Shown in pieces: positions 57,472 through 64,000 of a stretch of DNA of 64,000 nt. Numbering within the stretch: the first letter of the stretch is position 1; each line of letters begins with the position of its first letter. Below the pieces are notes generated by a model. The model searched no databases and was not told the DNA's origin. It saw only the letters and a list, made by a program, of their open reading frames with translations. Position numbers and translations under genes: made by a program. Source of the stretch: a virus. The DNA is taken from IMG/VR virus record IMGVR_UViG_3300035698_004757, positions 33,673 through 97,672 of that record. One strand, given 5' to 3'.

Positions 57472-59624
57472 CTTTGTCTGCGACAGTCGATAAATTGTCA
57501 GCCGGAGGTTTTGACCCCGATGATCCGTTTCTGCCTGCGTCGTATGATGAGGCTGCATATCTTGTGCTTGCGAGACAGGTGATCGAGAAGGAACGCCCGG
57601 ATGTGTTGGAAGACCTGACCCCGTGGGAGCGACGTATCGTCTTCCAGTGGGCGTCGCATTTGTTTGCAGACGGTGACGAACTCAATCAAGTGCATGATGT
57701 CATTTGGGAGATGGACTACGAGCGTAAGCCGGTCAGCATCGACACCTTTGTGGAAGACCCGTACTATCTTGGCCGTAACTGCGCGGACTTGCACGAGAAG
57801 TGGCGCGACGACCTGCGAGCCATACACGCGCCCGGCAATACGTTTGTTGAGTGGTTGTTCACAGGTGCAATTGGTAGCGGAAAGACCACTGTTGCGGCTG
57901 TGGAGTTGGTGTACCGTCTGTACCTGTTGTCATGCTTGCGCGACCCAGCGGCGTATTACGGACTACTGCCGGGTTCACCGATCGTGTTCGGCCTTTACTC
58001 AATCACAAAGGTGCAGGCCGCTGATACCGGCTATCTGAACTTACGTGCGTACATCGACCAGTCGCAGTATTTCCAAGATGTGTTCCCGCCGGACCCAAAG
58101 TTGGAGACGAAGACAGATTTTTACAAGCCCACCGGGAAGCGCATCGAGATAATCAGTGGCTCGCGAAGTTTGCACGCGATTGGACGTAACTTGTTCGCGA
58201 TGCTCATGGACGAAGCCAACTTTATGCAGGCGAAGCAGGATCAGGAAACAGGCAAGAAGATTGGGCAAGCCTACGAACTTTACAACTCGGTGCGCCGTCG
58301 CATCAAGAGTCGTTTCCTCCGACCCGGCGGCGTGGTGCCCGGGATCATGCTGCTGTCGTCATCGCGCACGGTGGAGACATCGTTTATTGAAGAGCGGATA
58401 GCGCAGATCAAAGCGGGTAAAGAGGTGGATGCAGACGACCCGGAAGTGGCGCGGTTGAACTTGAAGTCTCCCACAGCGTACATATCTGACTACACCCAGT
58501 GGGACTGCAAGCCCGCGCACCGGTTTACTATGCCTGTGTTTCGCGTGGACTGCGGTGATCGGTTTCACCCGCCGAGGCTGTTGGATAAGGGCGCGCACGC
58601 CCGCGAGGACGCACGTGTGATAACCGTACCCGGGGAGTTCAAGGGTGACTTTGCTGAGGACATCGACCAAGCGCTGCGTGACATTGCGGGTGTGGCTACG
58701 GATAACCTTGCGCCGTTCATTCGCGATAAGCCGTCCGTGATTGATGCAGAGGACGACCGACTGTCGCATCCGTTCACGCAAGAGACAATCAGCATTAGCA
58801 CAGTCGTGGACACGCACATTGATGAATACTTCGACGTGAAGAAGGCGTGCCGCGTGAAGAAGTCGCGGTACGTGCCGCGACTCAACCCGGACCGGCCGCG
58901 ATACATTCATGTTGACCTTGCACTGACCGGTGACGCGGCTGGTATCGCGATGGGGCACGTGTCAGGTTTGGTGCGGGACAGGGTGCGGCGGCCGGATGGC
59001 ACGGACACCGTTGATGCGTTCCCGTTCATTGTCATGGATTTTATGTTGCGTGTGTACCCGCCGGTGGCCGGTGAGATTGACCTTGGCAAGATTCGCACAT
59101 TTATTATCTACCTCAAGCAGTTTTACAATGTTGAGATGGTGACGTTCGACGGATTCCAGTCGAAGGACAGTCAGCAGATTCTCGCGAAGATGGGGCTACG
59201 CACCAAGCAGTTGTCGTTGGATAAGAACGAGGACGGGTACATGAGTATGCGGGGTGCGCTGTCTGGGCGGCGTATCAAGTATTACCATTACGCGCCGTTT
59301 CAGACAGAGGTGCTGGATTTGCAGCGTGTGTTTCAAAAGGGTGGGATGAAAGCAAAAGTCGATCACCCGGATACGGGCAGCGACAAGCAGAAGGGCCGCA
59401 AGGATGTAGCGGACGCCGTGGCGGGTGTGGTGGCGAATTGCGTTGGCGATCCGAATGCCATAGGCGGGCTACCGTTCCCGGACGCACAGGCAGACAACAC
59501 GAAGAAAGACCCACGAGATGTTACGGCGGCTGGACCACCTGTACGCGCCGCAGAGGGTGTGGGGGCGGGCAGTGAGTTCGATAGGATTAGGGCCGCACTA
59601 CAACAGCGGTCACAGGCCGGGTAG
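57468..59624 (+). CDS. Terminase large subunit
   Basis: GAIGSGKT, MLMDEA, HVDLA, TFDGFQS and VDHP...KDVADA. Confidence 0.92.
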   Translation: MTLSATVDKLSAGGFDPDDPFLPASYDEAAYLVLARQVIEKERPDVLEDLTPWERRIVFQWASHLFADGDELNQVHDVIWEMDYERKPVSIDTFVEDPYYLGRNCADLHEKWRDDLRAIHAPGNTFVEWLFTGAIGSGKTTVAAVELVYRLYLLSCLRDPAAYYGLLPGSPIVFGLYSITKVQAADTGYLNLRAYIDQSQYFQDVFPPDPKLETKTDFYKPTGKRIEIISGSRSLHAIGRNLFAMLMDEANFMQAKQDQETGKKIGQAYELYNSVRRRIKSRFLRPGGVVPGIMLLSSSRTVETSFIEERIAQIKAGKEVDADDPEVARLNLKSPTAYISDYTQWDCKPAHRFTMPVFRVDCGDRFHPPRLLDKGAHAREDARVITVPGEFKGDFAEDIDQALRDIAGVATDNLAPFIRDKPSVIDAEDDRLSHPFTQETISISTVVDTHIDEYFDVKKACRVKKSRYVPRLNPDRPRYIHVDLALTGDAAGIAMGHVSGLVRDRVRRPDGTDTVDAFPFIVMDFMLRVYPPVAGEIDLGKIRTFIIYLKQFYNVEMVTFDGFQSKDSQQILAKMGLRTKQLSLDKNEDGYMSMRGALSGRRIKYYHYAPFQTEVLDLQRVFQKGGMKAKVDHPDTGSDKQKGRKDVADAVAGVVANCVGDPNAIGGLPFPDAQADNTKKDPRDVTAAGPPVRAAEGVGAGSEFDRIRAALQQRSQAG

Positions 59625-59650
59625 GATGTAGTAGTCACAAGGAGATTTGC

Positions 59651-61609
59651 ATGGCACTTCCAAATGGTAGCGAGTTACTTGACGCGCGAATCAATCCGCG
59701 TACGTCGCCGACGTTTATGCGTCTTTTGCGCCTGTTCAACATGGTGGATCACCCGGTTGACGACGGGGGTGCTGGTGACGGTGAGGGCGGAGATGCTGCG
59801 TCGTTTTCACAGTGGTGGGACAGACAGTTCGAGATGTCGGGCAAACGCACCGAGCGGTACCGCATCTTCAACGACATGAATCAATACCCGCTGGTGGCGG
59901 GCATCCTTGACACCTACGCAGAAGAGTCAACACAGATTGACCACGATCGCGGCCGGGCTGTGTGGATCGAGTCCGACAACGCTGACATGGTGGCGCGGGG
60001 TGATGAGTGCCTGCGTAACATCGCGGCCGAGGATTGCATCAGCACGCTTACGCGCAGCATGTGCATGAACGGGGACGACTTCCGCAGGCTGGTGTACCGC
60101 ACGGGTGCAGGTGTGTTGGCGTGGCGACCGTCCCCGGCAGGGAAGACACATCGCCGGGAAGACAAGCTGTCGCGGCTGGCCGGGTTCAGCGCGGATGGGG
60201 AGGACTACATGAATCGCGGGGTGGCGGACGCGAATAAGAAGGGCCGTGCAATCAGCTTTCCGTGGGACTACATCCATTTCCGATTACTGGGGTCAAAAGA
60301 AGAGAGCGGGTACGGTACGAGTATCCTTGAGCCGATGTTTCGACCGTGGCGTCAGTTGTTACTGGCTGAGGACGCAACGCTGTTGTACCGCATCCGCCGT
60401 GCGCCGGATCGCAACATGGTGTTGGTAGACATGGGTGACATGGACCACACGGAGTCACGCAAGTGGATTGAGAGTTGGCGCAAGAAGTACCGCAAGCACG
60501 AGTTCGTGGACCCGGCGTCGAGCGATTACCGTAAGCAGTACAACCCGTGGACATCATGGGAAGATGTGTGGATTCCAGTCAAGCAGGGCCGGGATACGCG
60601 GGTGGAGACATTGTCGGGTGCCGGTGAGGTGGGCGGATTGCACGACCTGAATGATTTTCGCCGCGCTTTGTTTGGTGCGGCTCGCATACCCCCCGCATAC
60701 ATGGGCTTTGAGGGTGAAATCAACGCGAAGGCTACGCTGCTGCAACAGGACATCCGGTTTGCCCGCACGATCAAACGCATACGCCGCGCACAGATTTATG
60801 GGCTGCGCCAGTTGCTTGACATCCACTACGCACTGCTGGCCACGACGCCCGAAGATGTAGCGAAGTATGACACCGCGAAGCCGGGCAATGACTACGCAGT
60901 GAGCATGTCTCCGATCAGCTATCTTGACGAGGTGGAGCGCCTTGAGTTGACGCGATTGCGTTGGGAGATTGTGGACGCCATGAATCGGGCAGGTACGGAT
61001 ATGAAACTCGACCCGCGCGTGTGGACCGTGTACATCCTCACGTCGGTGGCGCACTTGTCCGAGGACGTGGTGATGAAACTGGTGTCGAAGGTACCGGACG
61101 ATCCGGAGAGCGCCATGGGCGGCGGCATGGGTGGTGGTTTTGAGGCACTTACCCCTGAGAAGCGACGTGAGGTTTTGGAGAACTTGAAACTCGCGCCGAA
61201 TGGTGACACCGTGGGGCATTACCCGTTGGCGGAGAGTGAGAAGCAGATGATTGATACGATCATTGCTACGAATGGGAAGTTGCGCGAGACAATCACGGAG
61301 TTGGCCGCGTACGCACGCGAGGACATGGGTGAGAGCCGACCGCTGGTGGAGCGTGCGGCGCAGCAAGTCGATCCGGCGTTGATACTTCCGGTATTCAAGG
61401 GCAAGATTGTGACGGACAGTGTGAAGGAAGACCCGCAGGTGGAAGAGTTGAGAGCCGACATGGTGGACTACGACTCATTCGACCCCGCGACCGGTAAGTA
61501 TAGGGCGCGCGCGTCGGACCAGTTGGTTGAGCGCGCTGAAGCAGTGCGGTTGGCCCGGGACGAAAAAGTTGACGCTGCGTCAAAATCGAATGATGGGAGA
61601 GCGGCATGA
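59651..61609 (+). CDS. Portal protein (T4 gp20-like)
   Basis: LLLAEDATLLYRIRRAPDR, EDVWIP, VETLSG and QDIRFARTIKR. Confidence 0.9.
   Translation: MALPNGSELLDARINPRTSPTFMRLLRLFNMVDHPVDDGGAGDGEGGDAASFSQWWDRQFEMSGKRTERYRIFNDMNQYPLVAGILDTYAEESTQIDHDRGRAVWIESDNADMVARGDECLRNIAAEDCISTLTRSMCMNGDDFRRLVYRTGAGVLAWRPSPAGKTHRREDKLSRLAGFSADGEDYMNRGVADANKKGRAISFPWDYIHFRLLGSKEESGYGTSILEPMFRPWRQLLLAEDATLLYRIRRAPDRNMVLVDMGDMDHTESRKWIESWRKKYRKHEFVDPASSDYRKQYNPWTSWEDVWIPVKQGRDTRVETLSGAGEVGGLHDLNDFRRALFGAARIPPAYMGFEGEINAKATLLQQDIRFARTIKRIRRAQIYGLRQLLDIHYALLATTPEDVAKYDTAKPGNDYAVSMSPISYLDEVERLELTRLRWEIVDAMNRAGTDMKLDPRVWTVYILTSVAHLSEDVVMKLVSKVPDDPESAMGGGMGGGFEALTPEKRREVLENLKLAPNGDTVGHYPLAESEKQMIDTIIATNGKLRETITELAAYAREDMGESRPLVERAAQQVDPALILPVFKGKIVTDSVKEDPQVEELRADMVDYDSFDPATGKYRARASDQLVERAEAVRLARDEKVDAASKSNDGRAA
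61569..61583. repeat. 15-bp palindrome inside the portal 3' end
   Basis: Exact copy; encodes VDAASK. Confidence 0.95.
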
Positions 61610-62082
61610 TAAAGGTGACAATCCCGGGGTACAGTAAAGCGAAGTACGCAGCGCCTTTGGTGCGGGCAATACGGGCGAGTGCCTTAACCGCCAATGTGCC
61701 CGTCCATGTGGCGGCTACGGTTATGTCAGAGTTCTTCACGGTGTTGGCAGACGAGGTGGCCGAGGGCAATGTGTTTCGCATCCCCGGCATTGGGGCGTTT
61801 GGCGGGATCGTTTGTACGCGGCGTCGCAATGGGGACAAGTTTCCTGCACCTGTGTTTGTAGCGGGTGTGGCGTTTCGGAATGATTTGCTGCGCACGTGTG
61901 AGACGGACGCCAACGACAAGTTGGTGGTGCCGCACAAGTTTTACGCTGTGAAGAAGAAGTTGAATGTGTTTCGGGTGAGCAACATCCCGAGGGTGCAAAC
62001 ACGCACGCGGTCCGCACGAACTGCGATGGCGAGCATTCGTGAGACTGTGCTTGCGCAAGCCCAGCGTCGCCGCGCTGTGTAA
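61606..62082 (+). CDS. Divergent HU/IHF-like protein
   Basis: EVAEGNVFRIPGIGAF...PVFVAGVAFR. Confidence 0.55.
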   Translation: MIKVTIPGYSKAKYAAPLVRAIRASALTANVPVHVAATVMSEFFTVLADEVAEGNVFRIPGIGAFGGIVCTRRRNGDKFPAPVFVAGVAFRNDLLRTCETDANDKLVVPHKFYAVKKKLNVFRVSNIPRVQTRTRSARTAMASIRETVLAQAQRRRAV

Positions 62083-62093
62083 AGGACTACACC

Positions 62094-62966
62094 ATGTCGC
62101 CTATTGATTTGCTCATTCAGTACGATGATTTGTTTCTGTACAGCCCGTCGTTTCTGATCGGGGAAGAAGCGGAACAGGCCGGGCACGTGTTCGAGGGTAA
62201 GGCTATTGGTACAGCCGCGCTGGCTGACATTAGCCTCAAGCAAGTGATGCAAGAGTTGGTGGGTCCGCAGTTACCGAACTATGCCAAGGAGCGGAAGACA
62301 GGCCAGACAGTCGGTAAACGAAAGTTGAAGGATGTGCAGGCGAGGGCGCGCACGGCGTTGTTGGTTGAGATTGGCCGGTTCGAGGCTGGTGCAACTGACG
62401 CGACTACGTTGAAGGCCAGTGCGGCCAAGCTGATGAAGATGGCGTGGCGCGATGTGTTCCTAGCAGGTGTGCGAGCCAGTGGTAAGCCGCCCACGTTACC
62501 CGGCAGTAAGGCGCTGGTGCATCTATCGCCCGGTGACGACAAGTGGCTTAAAGGTGCGATGGCACATGAGGTGCGGTTTCTTAATTCGTTTATGCGGGCC
62601 GTGGTTGGGCAGACCTACAAGATGGCATTGGATCAGCGGGTGGAGATGTACGTGCGTAGTCTTGAGTCGTTTTTCGATAACGCACGTGTGATCGGTATGC
62701 CGCCGGGCACCCTTATCCATTGGACAGGTCCGTGGGACGATCGGTCATGCCCGGGGTGTAATTACATGTTCAAAAACAACCCGTACACCAAGTACACACT
62801 GCCGACTGTGCCCCGTGCTGGGATGACACAGTGCTTGACTAACTGCCGCGATAGGTTGTTATTGCGACGGGTGGGGGCGGAGGCCGCAGCAGCCGCCGTG
62901 GAGGGTAAGAAAACGAGACAGCAGCATGTGGGGGCGCTTCGTCGTCTAAAGCGGAAGAAGGGTTGA
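62094..62966 (+). CDS. Head morphogenesis protein (Mu gpF / SPP1 gp7-like)
   Basis: W...SCPGC...P...CLTNCRD motif; follows the portal. Confidence 0.6.
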   Translation: MSPIDLLIQYDDLFLYSPSFLIGEEAEQAGHVFEGKAIGTAALADISLKQVMQELVGPQLPNYAKERKTGQTVGKRKLKDVQARARTALLVEIGRFEAGATDATTLKASAAKLMKMAWRDVFLAGVRASGKPPTLPGSKALVHLSPGDDKWLKGAMAHEVRFLNSFMRAVVGQTYKMALDQRVEMYVRSLESFFDNARVIGMPPGTLIHWTGPWDDRSCPGCNYMFKNNPYTKYTLPTVPRAGMTQCLTNCRDRLLLRRVGAEAAAAAVEGKKTRQQHVGALRRLKRKKG

Positions 62967-62990
62967 CGAGGGGACTACGACAGGTATAAT
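62963..62990 (+). promoter_or_regulatory. Sigma70-type promoter
   Basis: TTGACG-N16-TATAAT. Confidence 0.7.
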
Positions 62991-62996
62991 GCTCGC

Positions 62997-63071
62997 AGTG
63001 GTTTCGGGTGTCCAGCCCACCACTTTGCCTAAGACAACTCGCATGGGTTCACCACCCATGCGAGTTTTTTT
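62997..63071 (+). ncRNA. Candidate small RNA (hairpin plus terminator, no ORF)
   Basis: Lies between the 62963 promoter and a perfect 13-bp stem (63036-63066) with T-run. Confidence 0.4.
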
Positions 63072-63093
63072 ACGCCTAATGCGAAAACTGCTA

Positions 63094-63122
63094 TTGACGC
63101 GGCGTCAATGCGCCGATACACT
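63094..63122 (+). promoter_or_regulatory. Promoter with palindrome variant TTGACGCGGCGTCAA as -35
   Basis: TTGACG-N17-TACACT. Confidence 0.7.
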
Positions 63123-63171
63123 TGGCAGACGAATCAATTGCCCGGAAGATCGGGCAGAAAGGCGGTCCACC

Positions 63172-63573
63172 ATGTGGATTTTCAACGAACACGGGTTTTT
63201 CAGCATTGTGCTGGCGCACGCACAGGACAAGGGCAAGCGGGTCGCCAAGCGTGACCCAAACAAGGTGATGATCCGGGCGCGGTGCCGGGCACACCTTGAG
63301 TCGTTGATGGGCTGGGCGTTTGACGATGGCGTTGACCACGCCGAGATTATCGAGACGGCGAATCGGGATTACATGTTTCGCATCGTGATCCCGAAGACTG
63401 AACTGGCCGACTTGATGTTGAAGACGGCCAATGAGTTGAGTACCGCCAATTTCAAGAACAGTGTTGCCGCCAAGTGGGGTCATAGCGACCCGTACACGGA
63501 CCTGTGCCATAACGTGTGGGGCGAGCATTACGCCATGCAAAAGAAGGTCCACGGCGCAGCGCTTTACGGTTGA
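63172..63573 (+). CDS. Conserved-looking hypothetical protein
   Basis: MWIFNEHGFFSIV...IRAR...DY.FR...NFKN motif; RBS AAAGG. Confidence 0.7.
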   Translation: MWIFNEHGFFSIVLAHAQDKGKRVAKRDPNKVMIRARCRAHLESLMGWAFDDGVDHAEIIETANRDYMFRIVIPKTELADLMLKTANELSTANFKNSVAAKWGHSDPYTDLCHNVWGEHYAMQKKVHGAALYG

Positions 63574-63958
63574 AGTAATGATTGCATTGATGGACACAAG
63601 TTGGACTACGCAGGGTTGGAGTCAACCGCAACCCGCTGACACGAATGTTAGCGTGTGCGCCGTTGTGACTCCTGTGGCAGCCATGCTTACGCACTGCAAG
63701 CACGTCGCGGGTTTGGTTCTACCCGAACCGGATGCGGACGTGTGGCGCAGCATGGACTACCGTACGTCCGGGCTGTACTTCGCGGCAATTACGTGGTCTG
63801 TGCTGCGGTTAATGGTGCTGATACGCTTACGCGGCCGTGCGCGATTAACGTGCAGGCGTGTACCCCCTCCGAACCGACCGAAGAGGCGAACACCTACTTT
63901 CGGCCTTTGGCGTGGGTTTCTTTAGCCCGTGTTGATGGGTCGTTCTGAGTATTTTGAT

Positions 63959-63997
63959 AGCCGGGTTGAGTGTTCGCTCAACCCGGCTTTAGTTTTA
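63959..63997 (+). terminator. Intrinsic terminator
   Basis: AGCCGGGTTGAG / CTCAACCCGGCT stem plus T-rich tail. Confidence 0.75.
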
Positions 63998-64000
63998 CAG

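Noticed and set aside
2632-63108. Palindrome as a CRISPR repeat, REP element or IS end
   Set aside because: Copies are single 15-mers kilobases apart, with no spacers, no cas genes, no transposase and no target duplications.
63574-63950. Possible ORF (63578-63925) or structured RNA before the last terminator
   Set aside because: No clear RBS, motif or convincing fold could be supported by eye.
1-64000. Numerous long minus-strand ORFs (e.g. 29372-30511, 10631-11620, 47658-48554)
   Set aside because: Antisense shadows of GC-rich + strand genes; no motifs or RBS.
1-64000. tRNA/rRNA genes or alternative genetic code
   Set aside because: No cloverleaf or rRNA-like segment seen; genes are intact under the standard code, with all three stops used.

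Overview
This window is a 64-kb segment of a large, GC-rich, contractile-tailed (myovirus-like) dsDNA phage genome. All credible genes lie on the + strand. Gene order: tail sheath, tube, chaperone and tape measure; baseplate and fibres (to ~24 kb); membrane or lysis-like genes; small genes of unknown function; a full replication/recombination block; then terminase, a T4 gp20-like portal and a head morphogenesis gene. The replication block holds RecQ, a UvsW-like helicase, a DnaB-like helicase, primase, a UDG-fused family A polymerase, SSB, RecA, a ParB-like protein, two DNA methyltransferases, a RecD/Dda helicase, a 5'-3' exonuclease, SbcCD, a resolvase and HU. The strongest unexplained signals are five. 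(1) A 15-bp palindrome TTGACGCWGCGTCAA occurs 17 times (15 exact, 2 single-mismatch), spread over the whole window in promoters, on stop codons and inside ORFs. It forms the -35 box of the promoter of a ParB/CTPase-HTH gene, suggesting a KorB-like, genome-wide operator/parS system in a phage. (2) An Ala-starting intein in RecQ carries a Zn-finger/Vsr(DUF559)-like endonuclease in a different, overlapping frame with its own RBS. (3) A captured low-GC methyltransferase sits between two copies of a 202-bp promoter region, and the upstream copy has lost its ATG. (4) A promoter-terminator unit of ~75 nt with no ORF is a candidate sRNA. (5) A candidate +1/-2 frameshift lies in the tail chaperone. All calls come from motif reading by eye; no database searches were run.
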